From the NCBI GenBank assembly GCA_002269645.1, contig NIVC01001308.1, positions 62,001 to 126,000 of the forward strand: a DNA stretch of 64,000 nt. The letters run 5' to 3'. Positions 38,801 through 47,889 of this stretch are shown here, one piece after another. The position numbers were made by a program, and so were the translations under genes. A model generated the notes under the pieces. The model searched no databases and was not told the origin of the DNA. It saw only the letters and a program-made list of their open reading frames with translations. The stretch comes from Macrostomum lignano (Eukaryota). Within the stretch, counting starts at the first letter, position 1. Every line of letters starts with the position of its first letter.

Positions 38801-40482
38801 TGCATCGAACACTGGTCCAGCTAACTTGCAAAATGCACGCAATCAACTTAAATTATGCCAGACAAAACTACTATGTCAACCCTACGATGACTTTTCGTAA
38901 AATCACCGGAATGACGAACGTTTTGGCAGTTCCAATATACGAGCATCTGTTGATATACAAGTGCACGCCGATACAGCACTTCAACATCTTGCCGTCAAAC
39001 ACGTCAACAACCTGCTACGATAAGCCAAGGATTGAAGCGTTCTACGAAGGAAGACGAATTCAAGGATTCTTGGACACGGTACACAACATCATCGTTGGCA
39101 CCGCAATACCGAGACCTTGCACCACAGCAGCAAACTACTATCAACTGGACAATGCACTACACGTCATCAAAACAACTGGAACGACAGCAAACATCACAGA
39201 ACCGGAAGTAATCGTCGACGAAAACTACGACATGGAGGATTTGAAAATCCGATTCAACAGAACGAAGTATACGCCATTCGCCGATATCCAACTTGACGAG
39301 ATAACACCAGGATGGACGATCAACGACTTCTTGCAAGCGTTCATCACCCAACGCAAGATGATTCACCAGCTGTTCACAAGAAAGGACAAAGAAACCGGGA
39401 CAGGAAGATTTCCCGTCCTTGTTTCAATGGACAGCGCCATCAAATCATTTTGGACAAACAGCTTCTGGGAGCTGCTAAATGGAAGAGGCAGTCTCTATCA
39501 AGGATTCATCTTCTACGGTGCTTGCATTGTGTGGATTGTCACGGCAATCTTCGTCATTTCATCGATCGTACGGTGCCTCAGTCAAACTTGTCCAAGAGCT
39601 AAGAAGACAGTGAATGCCATAATGCAAAGAACGACAACGGAAGGCGACAACAGTTTAGAACTAACAGAAACTGCACATCGTGAGGTTCAAGGGCAACCGA
39701 CACTAGCAACGCGGCTATATCCATCGATTCCGACAACACCAACGGCACCAAGGATACAACCACCCAACTATCAAGCAGAACAGCACGAGCCAAAATGGCC
39801 GGAAAACTACGTCTGTACGCTACACGCCGAGATTGGCAAAGCAATGGCTCAGGTCATTGTCAACAACTTGCCATGTCGAGCACTGCTGGATTCAGGCAGC
39901 TCGATCACAGTCATCTCGCAACAATTATGCAACAAGCTACGACTCGCGGTACGACCAGCAGCAATCGCAGTTGCAGGAGCAGGAGGACATTCACTCAACA
40001 TACTAGGAAAAGCAGATATCGACTTGAAAATTGCTAATAAACAGCTGACGGTCCCGACGTACATCATCGACAGACTACCAAACCAAGACGTCATCGTTGG
40101 AATAGACACGTTCAAACAGCTTCGACTACCATTGACCTTCGACTTCAACAAGCAAACGTTTAGGATCGACACGGTGGAGCAACCACTGATCAATCAGATT
40201 CGAGTACTACCGAAAGTAACTCTGCAGCAAGATGTCATCATCCAGCCTGAAAGCGCATGCTGGGTCAGAGCGAAAGCGACCAGCGCGGCAGATGAAGCAA
40301 TGATATTTGATCCGCACAGGAGAGTCACGGCGAAACATCAAATCATGATGCCTACGGCACTAGTGCTGGTTGCAAAAGATAAACAGCTGCCAGTACAAAT
40401 CTTCAACCCGAACGCGGAAATGGTTCATCTACGACAAGGAATGTGCATCGGTCATCTCAACACTCAGCATCGGTTATGCTGA
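35857..40482 (+). CDS. ORF1 polyprotein, 1541 aa: Gag (CCHC) - acidic linker - signal peptide - gB-like Env ectodomain - TM - late-domain tail - aspartic protease
   Basis: CYYCGQEGHYQINC knuckle (about aa 236), hydrophobic WLYWIIVILLIAVVAKATA (aa 619-637), RRRR furin site (aa 948-951), TM at about aa 1216-1238, and LLDSGS protease (D1345), all in one uninterrupted frame. Confidence 0.9.
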   Translation: MARRNPTVHRDIKETVGTFSMEKDFNTFVDHFDLVCREYNLQNPEKAQLLPPLLQGTAREIYGKLDAATQQNYPALIIQLRAHFNRCGTNRSVLLHKLHNRRMQATESFLAFVDDIRQIIKALHQPPLQAADQPPLGAAELAARERQRLMDREQNLILHVINNAQPSLRDRLLRENIETEEDLLRCGMQWEASAPLMTTGNNEVQKLTQQLNKLMQHQTAVIAEQKRRNEQASARCYYCGQEGHYQINCPHWSTRYDKSRQIFNNQKPQKPWQQYQNRQQQGIRRFGNDRRFGNNDRSGNNGRFGNEGRFRNNGYRPRNARYMPKQPTQAMQRYANAITYTPENEQQEQQVFTIDDLEMDFTVPELDISLIEKKTTHEDNTDNTEEANETEMIKLKETTGDSRENRKKVNHKKREETESDTGNEEKIKTGRENNYESTTVDDDKTSTKDKEMKEEEECISYGNDHDCDVHDDTNGYRAEEGMQEELRAENLSSDSDQGYEIQWKDEEMEKEQIKEKPSSDSDECYEIRYKRNGEAYIQTVDYKAEKRYQTQWSETTETSEEAADEDTEITKEQSKSEAFRLNQPMEQPKEYDADMEDNEWQSRPMPAKTTARSKKWKNWLYWIIVILLIAVVAKATATEKPMICPTEAHIQPMIYKIPTDIKCSYFKTNQTKPKKITLDLYKANIKKHRQLGIVCFRDKHLVEKVWRGQWNRIRFWQHELHVSHAECLQWNQTLFSKDGQLEPDEKVGEAQLYRTKNSANGRYVHFSETWTNYMTRNSYLIRNIPFYHNPFEKMESLQLQLSDCRYSKGWCPTPILRNEELYSLPLSPTYHQDYRWQIIRRGDSRYEEPSKSRQYFLAWEVGPEIDCKLQKYHTVEGGLLSNTFLAKSGDLALTFQKKPVEQKLKCKDTDKTLFISEQEIPVYVKDDDKQTFLAIINGTYQQQEQQNRRRRDIERPKLVSNRLLSAKITALDHNLHNQLNHLHRTLVQLTCKMHAINLNYARQNYYVNPTMTFRKITGMTNVLAVPIYEHLLIYKCTPIQHFNILPSNTSTTCYDKPRIEAFYEGRRIQGFLDTVHNIIVGTAIPRPCTTAANYYQLDNALHVIKTTGTTANITEPEVIVDENYDMEDLKIRFNRTKYTPFADIQLDEITPGWTINDFLQAFITQRKMIHQLFTRKDKETGTGRFPVLVSMDSAIKSFWTNSFWELLNGRGSLYQGFIFYGACIVWIVTAIFVISSIVRCLSQTCPRAKKTVNAIMQRTTTEGDNSLELTETAHREVQGQPTLATRLYPSIPTTPTAPRIQPPNYQAEQHEPKWPENYVCTLHAEIGKAMAQVIVNNLPCRALLDSGSSITVISQQLCNKLRLAVRPAAIAVAGAGGHSLNILGKADIDLKIANKQLTVPTYIIDRLPNQDVIVGIDTFKQLRLPLTFDFNKQTFRIDTVEQPLINQIRVLPKVTLQQDVIIQPESACWVRAKATSAADEAMIFDPHRRVTAKHQIMMPTALVLVAKDKQLPVQIFNPNAEMVHLRQGMCIGHLNTQHRLC

Positions 40483-43352
40483 TTGAGCACGCGACTCCAC
40501 GAATAACGGAGGAAGAGTTCCAAAAGAAAATCAACCTGGACGACAGCCCGATTACGGAACAACAAAAGAAGAAAGTTCGACAACTGTTGTGGAAGTACAA
40601 CGAAGCCTTCTGCCATCATGATTACGACATCGGACGAGCTAAAGACATTAAACAGGAAATCAAGCTTCTACCGCACACGGAACCAATTCAGTGCAAGCCG
40701 TACCCGATCGCCAAGCATCTGCAACAACACTTTGACGAAATCATCGATAAAATGCTAAAGCACGGCATCATCAGCAAAGCTATTTCGGCTTACTCCTCAC
40801 CGTGCCTACTGGTACAAAAGAAGGAGACTAACGAAAGACGACTCGTATGCGACTTCAGACTGTTGAACAAGTACATACCGACGGATCAGCAAAGCCTACC
40901 GAAGATCTCCGAACTATTAGCGAAGCTCAACACGGCAAAACTGTTCACGGTATTCGACCTACGTCATGGATTTTGGCAAATAGAAATCGACAAGGAATCG
41001 CGCCAGTACACAGCCTTCAAGACCTACAATGGACAAGTATACGAGTACAATCGATCGCCGATGGGACTTAGCAACAGCCCAGCAACGATGAGTCGACTCA
41101 CAGCATACATGCTTGCAGGATGCACGAACCTGCTGCACTATGTCGACGACATTTTGGCCTATGGAGAGGATTTCGAGCGACTCTATGAAGCTACGGAGAA
41201 GGCCCTGGCGCTCATTCAACGCCAAGGTCTTAAGCTGCAACCGACGAAATGCAAATTCTTCCGAGACAACGTGCGTTACCTAGGACACCAAGTGACAGCC
41301 AGAGGAATTTCACCGGACCCAGACAACGTGGAGAAGGTAAAAAGGTTTCCTACGCCAACCAGTATAACGAAGGTCCAATCATTCCTTGGACTTGCGCAAT
41401 ACTTCAGGAAGTTCTTACCTAACTTCGCAAAGACAGCAAAGCCACTGTACGACCTGCTCAAGTTCGACAAATGGAAGCAAGACAACTGGACACAAAGACA
41501 ACAGGAAAGTTTCGACGAAATTAAACGACAGCTGACATCAGACGCACTGCTACAGCATCCGGACTTCGACAAGCCCTTCATCATCGAGACAGACGCCTCA
41601 GGAACGGGACTCGGAGCAGTCCTACTACAGGAAACCGAGGACAAGAAGGAACGACCTATTGCTTACGTCAGTCGAGCACTCAAACCAAATGAGACAAAGT
41701 GGTCAGCTACGGAACGAGAGCTACTAGGAGTCTTGTTCGCCCTGCGACAGTTTCATTACTACATCTATGGCTCTCCAATACAGACGATAGTACGCACGGA
41801 TCATGCACCATTGACCTACGTCGTAACTACAAAAGGACAGACCAACAACCGACTCATCAGGATGACACTCAAGATCCAGGACTACAACTACAAACTCGTC
41901 TACAAACCAGGAATTACCAACAAAGCCGCGGACGCCCTGTCAAGAGCCTATGAAGTCAACGCCATTCATCCAATCCCTAACATCAAGGAGTTGGTGGATG
42001 AAACCGAGCGCGATAACTTCTACCAATCGGTTAAAGACGACGACAAGAACATCAAACTCAGTCCCATGGAACGAAAATTCCTACGCAAGCAACGACAACA
42101 CCTAACAATCAATAAGTCACGGCTCTACTGGATGAGCGACAATAAACCTAAGATCTACGTACCATATTCGTTTCGGCAAGCAATTCTCAACGAGCTGCAC
42201 GACAACCCACTCGCCGGACACCTGTCGGCCGCAAAGACCATCGCGAGAGTGGAACAATACTACTTTTGGCCAACTATGTATGGCGACATCAAGCAGTATT
42301 GCAACAACTGCCATTCATGTGCTGCATCAAAGACAGGACGACGACAGAAACCACAGCTACAGTCCATTCCGAAGTCGACTACAATGGACTGTCTAAGCAT
42401 CGACATCACCGGACCACTGCCACCGAGCTGTCTCCAGGGCATCGCCTACACCTACATCCTAACCGCCTTGGACATCTTCTCGAAGTTTGCTATTGCCATA
42501 CCGATACCGGACATCACAGCTCAGACAATAGCAATGAGTTTCTTCAATGAAATCATTTGCAAGTACGGCACGCCGAAGAACCTCACCTCGGACAACGGAT
42601 CGCAGTTTACGTCTCAACTATTTCAGCAAGTTGTGAAGATTCTCAACATTACGCAGATCTACACATCGACCTACAATCCGAAGGCAAACATGGTTGAACG
42701 GTTTCACCGCAACCTGCACGAGATGATTACACATTTCGCGCACCAACAGCCGGAAGACTGGATCATCTACCTGCAATCTGTAACAATGGCTTACAACAGC
42801 GCTATTCATCGATCAACAGACAATACGCCATTCTTCCTAATGTTTGGACGAGACTTCCAACCGCCGAATCTGCTCGCACAGCAATTGCTACCATCGCAGT
42901 ACGTGGAAGTACCGACTTCCATTCAGAAATTCGTCACGCAACTACACCTCGCATGGAAGATCGCCAAGCACAACATTGACAACCAGGTGGCTCTGACCAC
43001 CGGCAACGACGCGAGATGGACAACCCTGACGGCCGGCGACATCGTTTACCTGCACTACCCGCCACAGCAGACGCATAAACATGCACAGAAGTATAAAGGA
43101 CCCTATCGAGTGGTCCAACTAACGTCACCAACAACGGCACGCCTGGCTAATGTGCAAGATCCACATCAGCATCAATTTTACGTGCACATTCATCGACTAA
43201 AGAAGATCAACACTGACACCGCGACGTTTCTACCCACATTGGACAACGCCGATCGCACGCGTTCAACGAACCGCCACATCGCGACGAAGCACGAGGAGAC
43301 TCAAACGACAGATGTGAGCCAGCCACATGGCTACAACCTACGACCACGCTAG
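40476..43352 (+). CDS. pol: ORF2 RT - RNase H - integrase of the inner element
   Basis: LHYVDDIL, IETDASG, HHCC, D-D-E and GPY motifs. The frame is -1 relative to ORF1, open from 40383, with first ATG at 40476. Confidence 0.93.
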   Translation: MLIEHATPRITEEEFQKKINLDDSPITEQQKKKVRQLLWKYNEAFCHHDYDIGRAKDIKQEIKLLPHTEPIQCKPYPIAKHLQQHFDEIIDKMLKHGIISKAISAYSSPCLLVQKKETNERRLVCDFRLLNKYIPTDQQSLPKISELLAKLNTAKLFTVFDLRHGFWQIEIDKESRQYTAFKTYNGQVYEYNRSPMGLSNSPATMSRLTAYMLAGCTNLLHYVDDILAYGEDFERLYEATEKALALIQRQGLKLQPTKCKFFRDNVRYLGHQVTARGISPDPDNVEKVKRFPTPTSITKVQSFLGLAQYFRKFLPNFAKTAKPLYDLLKFDKWKQDNWTQRQQESFDEIKRQLTSDALLQHPDFDKPFIIETDASGTGLGAVLLQETEDKKERPIAYVSRALKPNETKWSATERELLGVLFALRQFHYYIYGSPIQTIVRTDHAPLTYVVTTKGQTNNRLIRMTLKIQDYNYKLVYKPGITNKAADALSRAYEVNAIHPIPNIKELVDETERDNFYQSVKDDDKNIKLSPMERKFLRKQRQHLTINKSRLYWMSDNKPKIYVPYSFRQAILNELHDNPLAGHLSAAKTIARVEQYYFWPTMYGDIKQYCNNCHSCAASKTGRRQKPQLQSIPKSTTMDCLSIDITGPLPPSCLQGIAYTYILTALDIFSKFAIAIPIPDITAQTIAMSFFNEIICKYGTPKNLTSDNGSQFTSQLFQQVVKILNITQIYTSTYNPKANMVERFHRNLHEMITHFAHQQPEDWIIYLQSVTMAYNSAIHRSTDNTPFFLMFGRDFQPPNLLAQQLLPSQYVEVPTSIQKFVTQLHLAWKIAKHNIDNQVALTTGNDARWTTLTAGDIVYLHYPPQQTHKHAQKYKGPYRVVQLTSPTTARLANVQDPHQHQFYVHIHRLKKINTDTATFLPTLDNADRTRSTNRHIATKHEETQTTDVSQPHGYNLRPR

Positions 43353-43472
43353 AGTTTCGAGAACAACCCCGTGTAGTGACCGGGATAAAGAATAGCACTA
43401 CAGCTTCGCAAGCTTGTCGTAAAAGGCGACTAATCCGAGCGACACAAAGACAGCGACAAATTGACAACAATT

Positions 43473-43718
43473 ATGGGCAACGCACTGTCGAAACAGGCGC
43501 CCCAACTTCAGCAGCTATATGACTGCCCGATATGTTTAGCTGATGACTTGGCTGTCAAGCCACCGACTATTTGCATCAATGGACATAAAATTTGCGGACA
43601 ATGTTTAAGTGATTCACACTATATTCAGCCCTGGCAGAATTGTCCCCTCTGTAGAGATAGTTTGCGACAATGCGCCTATTGTTATTCTTGGCGCACGTTT
43701 CAATATTGTAACCAGTAA
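43473..43718 (+). CDS. ORF3: small RING-finger protein with N-terminal myristoylation-like motif (81 aa; 144 aa if the TAA is read through)
   Basis: MGNALSK start and C3HC4 RING CPIC-x12-C-x3-H-x2-CGQC-x12-CPLC. The same frame stays open after the TAA until 43907, with a second degenerate RING-like unit. Confidence 0.7.
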   Translation: MGNALSKQAPQLQQLYDCPICLADDLAVKPPTICINGHKICGQCLSDSHYIQPWQNCPLCRDSLRQCAYCYSWRTFQYCNQ

Positions 43719-44899
43719 CATTTTATTTGCATGCACGGTTTGAAGCAAACCGCTAGTAGGGGCATTATAGGATGCCCCTTATGTAATAGTATGCCGCGAG
43801 ACTGCACGTTTCGAAAGTGGTGTCGTATCAAACCTGATGCCACTCGATGTCTACGCGATATTCGAGTTTTGACCGCAATATGTACTGAAAAGTTTTTAGA
43901 GTTTTGACCAAACCCTCGCTTCTCTAGACGCGCACAAAATCAATTGTTTATTTCCTATATTAACAGATCACCACAGAATTTTATTATTTCATTGTTAAAA
44001 CTCGGGACGAGTTTTTTCGTAAAAAAGGGAGATTTTGTAGAGTGTTCTACCGCCCGTTAAAAAAGGTAAAAAGAAGATAATCGTATAATGCTACTATAAG
44101 TAAGTAAGTACACGCATGTACGCCTAAGTTTTGAATGAATCACGCTACCAGAAAAAGATGTTACCAAAATGATACGCAATAAGCCATTTCCCCTTTTAGC
44201 GCAACACGTGAATTGTCATGATACTATTTTGGATCAAAAAACTTGCCTATAAATACAAGCGATCTGAAGCGGTACCGGAGCCATTCTCCCCACGGAAGAG
44301 GAGCGCTCCGAAGAGGAAGCCTTAGGAGGACTTCCTGATATACCAAGTCAAACGAGACTCGGTCGAGTTGTTGCGGTAAGCCTTCCTTATTTGCGCCCGT
44401 TGTGTTAGAGACGTCTCGCTCAAGTCTCTTGAGACTTGAGTCTATTTGAGTCTGTTGAGACTCTTGAGTCTGTTTAGACTCCATTGGTTGCAGTCTCCAG
44501 AAGGACTGCCCCTGATAGATCTTAGAGGACTATCAGTGGTTTCCGGAGCTATACCTAGAGTGCATAGAGGCACTGCTAGAAGAAGGAGGCTTAATTCAAA
44601 CCGCTGTTCGGCGCAGGGTACCCATTGTTGCTACGAGGCCTCTGATTGGTCCTGACGGAAGATACCGGCCGGAAGAAATTATCGGAAGTACAAGAGGAAC
44701 CAGGACCAGAGCAACTGAAGAATCAAGGCGCCTGATCTACGAGATCTACTGACGAGTTCCTAGCGAGTACTACTCAAGAAATTCAAATCCGGATTAAAGG
44801 TAATTAAATACCTTCGTTTGACTTACTGGGTTGCCTAGCTGTTGAGCTAGAAGTGAGTGTTCTTTGATTACCAAAAGTCGTGTAATAAGGAACACATCA

Positions 44900-45657
44900 C
44901 CACCTCCGGAATCTTTAGTCCTGTCCTTTGTGCGGCAGGCATCACTTTTATGTCCCACTCGACCGCACTTGCTGCACGTCTTGCTACGGTAGGGGCAGTT
45001 CTTTGCCCAGTGATCTTGTGCATTGCAGCGGAAGCATCCAGATTGATTGTTTCTGTTGTTCTTCTCTGACAAGCCGTCTGTCAGATTTTTACTGGCTCTC
45101 GAAGACTTCACCGCCTGGATTGCACCAGTTGACGAAATTGTCACCACACCTCTTTCCGCTGCTTCCATCGCAGTCGCAAGGGTAAGTGCTCCAGTTAGTG
45201 TCAGTGTGTCTTCTTGCAACAGACGCTGCTGTGTCAGGCGATTCCTTAGGCCGACAACGAACCTGTCTCTCAGTGCCTCGTCCAAGAATTCATTAAAACC
45301 ACACGTGGCAGCCAACTTCCGCAGACTTGCGATGAAATCGCTCACATTTTCTCCTTCATGTTGGGCTCTGCTGTGGAAGTTGAATCTCTCGACAACGATC
45401 TTAGGCATTGGGTTAAAATGCTCCCTCAGGGCCTTGACTTGATCGTCGAAGTTCACATCCTTGGGCTTCTTTGGTGACAGCAGGTTGCGGAGCAATTGAT
45501 AGCAGTCATTACCAATCACTGTAATCAGATTTGCTCGCTTATGTGCCTCCTCGGTCACTTTGTTTACGACGAGAAACTGCTCGAGTCGTTCTTCATAAGC
45601 TTCCCATTGCTCCGGTTTAGCCACGTCGAACTCTCCGATTTTTACACTCGTCGCCAT
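44900..45657 (-). CDS. gag: Outer element gag portion (two CCHC-type knuckles), interrupted by the nested insertion
   Basis: The ATG overlaps the PBS (ATGGCGACGAG). Mag-like N-terminus WEAYEERLEQFL; CFRCNAQDHWAKNC and CSKCGRVGHKSDAC. Confidence 0.92.
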
Positions 45658-46249
45658 TGTTATGTCCTCTTCTTCTGCTTCTATACCGACTATTGCCTCC
45701 AGGCTACCATCTGACATCAAAGTCAAGTCGAAGAAGCATTATTTAAAATACGAGCTGTTCACAAGCTTTATTTGCCTCTAGCCGGCGCACGTCTTGTTTT
45801 TCCTTTGTAATACTGTTAGCCTTCAGCTCTTAAAGAAATAAAAGATTGTACCCTAGACTATAGACAAAAGAAGAGAAGCATTAGTGCATTTGCTAAACCA
45901 AAAGTCCATACACAACAACCCTGTCAATGCATCAAAAAACAAAACGGCATGTAAGCTGCAGGACAGAAAAAATCAAATTTTCAGCTTTTTAAATCGCAAA
46001 TTTCAGAGCCATGCGTACAGCTATAGCTATTTCTAGGGGGTAGAGAAGTGAGAGGAGAGGGAAGAGGAGAGGGGAGGGGAGAGGAAAGAGAGTAGAGAGG
46101 AGAGAAGAGGAAGGAGAGAGATCTCCAAACACAGTAGCCTACTAAAAGTAGTAACATAAAATTATGAACACAAATTTAAAAATAGCTATGTGTCATACTC
46201 TATTTTTAGTAATACCAGTCATATCACGCAAACAGTGAGTGGCTATGCT

Positions 46250-47850
46250 ATTGTTCGAAAAAACCGGTTCTCGACATCTATTTTTAGAACTTCCAAATAT
46301 GGTAAATGTTAACCTGAATGTGACCCAAGTCTCACCCCTTTCTATTCAAAAACCCAACCTGTCAAATAATAAAATTCCTTTCGTGAACTCATCAAAAAAA
46401 CCGGTTTTGAGCTCAAGGTCGACTCAAGGCCGAAAAATTGTGTATAAATACAAACGCAAAATCCGAGCTGAAATCTCAGACTCGGAGCAGCCTCCGAAGA
46501 GGCTATATCTCTGAGGAAGAGGTAAACACCAATTGGTAAGCTTTGTTCAAGTCTTCGTTATTTGGATTATTGAGAGCGATTGTTATTGCCGGCCGTTACT
46601 GTTCAGTCGATTTTATCGAGTCTATTGAGTTTGAGGCCTCCCTTTTCCTAAGGGATTGGATAGGATCTGCGGACCGATTCCGATACCCTTAGAGGATTAT
46701 TGATTTGATTGATTTTGGTTATCCTAGATTAACCGATAGGAGCACACGACTCCGATTCCGTTAGTTCTAGAAGAAGACGCCCTTTCTGGAGGACCTCGTA
46801 TAGAAGTTGATTCTGTTACTAGGGCGCATCGTTGACATTGATTTCGGCACTCGAGAATATATTGAATCCTGCACTTGAAGAAATACTGCGACGTCGATTT
46901 AATTGTTACGCTCTCACTTTCGGCCGATTCTAGACTTCAAGAAGACTACCCCGGGAGGAACAGCTCTAAGGAGACGAGCTCTACAGACGCGCGCGACAAA
47001 GAAGAGGAGCCCGCAACAGTAAGTGATCACTGAGTTTGTTCCCAGGCTTAAGTGTCTGGAAGTGGGAGTTTACGGGAGACTGATCACCTCCCGAATCAAC
47101 TCTTCAGATTGCTATTGTGAAGTTTCAAATTACACGAGGGCGGGATGGAGAGGCTTTGCCGGATTTTGCCGACCCCTGCCTGTTACATCGACTTTAACTT
47201 CCGGACATGAAAGTGTGGTATGGAGTTTCAGCAACTCTACACTTAATTATAGTTATTCCCCGCCGTGCTAACGATTAAAGGCTCGTGAAGCATGTCCCTG
47301 TTAATCCGGACATTGTTGCAAGGTTGGTGACAGATCATAGCATATACAGTGTATGATGCAACGCACAAGTTCTAGTCGGGCTATGTTGCTAGCTACCATT
47401 TCTTGGGAGCGTCGAGAGCGTCGGGTCGGTACGATTGGGCCAAGCTGCAGTGCCCGTCCACTATCCGCTGCGCCCAGCGGCGACTTCAACTGGATTCGAG
47501 ATTCGAGATTCGTGGACGAGATTCGAGCCGAGGGCTACTGCCCCCTGATCAGGACGTCCTCCTGCTCACCTTGCAGGGCCCGTTCAGACAGGGTCAGGTT
47601 CAAACCCGTCGATACGTGCATGGACTGCCTGCTGTGCGACGCTGGGGCGCCCGAGACTGCCAGCGGGGCGGAGCGGACCTATCGCTCTGTCGTCAGCTTT
47701 CTATTCTAATTCGGATAGTGTTAGTAGTAGAGTTAGGTCGGAATTAGCTCGTACTTTTTAATAATTATGAGGAGTATATTGCTGCAAAATCGTTTACTGC
47801 TGCACGCACAACGAGAACTTCATACAGCTGATTTTCGGCATTAACATGAT
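46250..47850 (+). mobile_element. Probable diverged LTR-like relic
   Basis: Shares the TATAAATACAA, CTCCGAAGAGG and GGTAAGC order with the inner-element LTR; ends and TSD not resolved. Confidence 0.35.
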
Positions 47851-47889
47851 GTGTGCGTCAGGGCATGACCTGCATAACCATCCACATTG

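Larger units (their letters stand above)
34281..44899 (+). mobile_element. Env-carrying Ty3/gypsy-type retrovirus-like element (10,619 bp), inner element of the nest
   Basis: 864-bp LTRs at 34281-35144 and 44036-44899 with no difference found by eye; 4-bp TSD CCAC; PBS-like TGGTGATCTCG at 35147; PPT at about 44021-44032. Confidence 0.96.
30700..45917 (-). mobile_element. Ty3/gypsy (Mag-type) LTR retrotransposon, outer element of the nest
   Basis: 260-bp TG..CA LTRs at 30700-30959 and 45658-45917 (one mismatch seen), 5-bp TSD ACCCT, PBS TGGCGACGAG (tRNA-Ser(GCU)-type) at 45647-45656, and PPT at about 30960-30970. About 4.6 kb without the nested insert. Confidence 0.95.

Noticed and set aside
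31150-43470. Numerous 60-220-aa antisense or off-frame ORFs overlapping gag/pol/env
   Set aside because: Expected shadow ORFs of long coding regions, with no independent motifs.
9474-45917. Functional link between PY-motif arrestins (Nedd4/ESCRT adaptors) and the neighbouring late-domain-bearing retroelement
   Set aside because: Co-location alone gives no support; the element is a recent insertion into another transposon.
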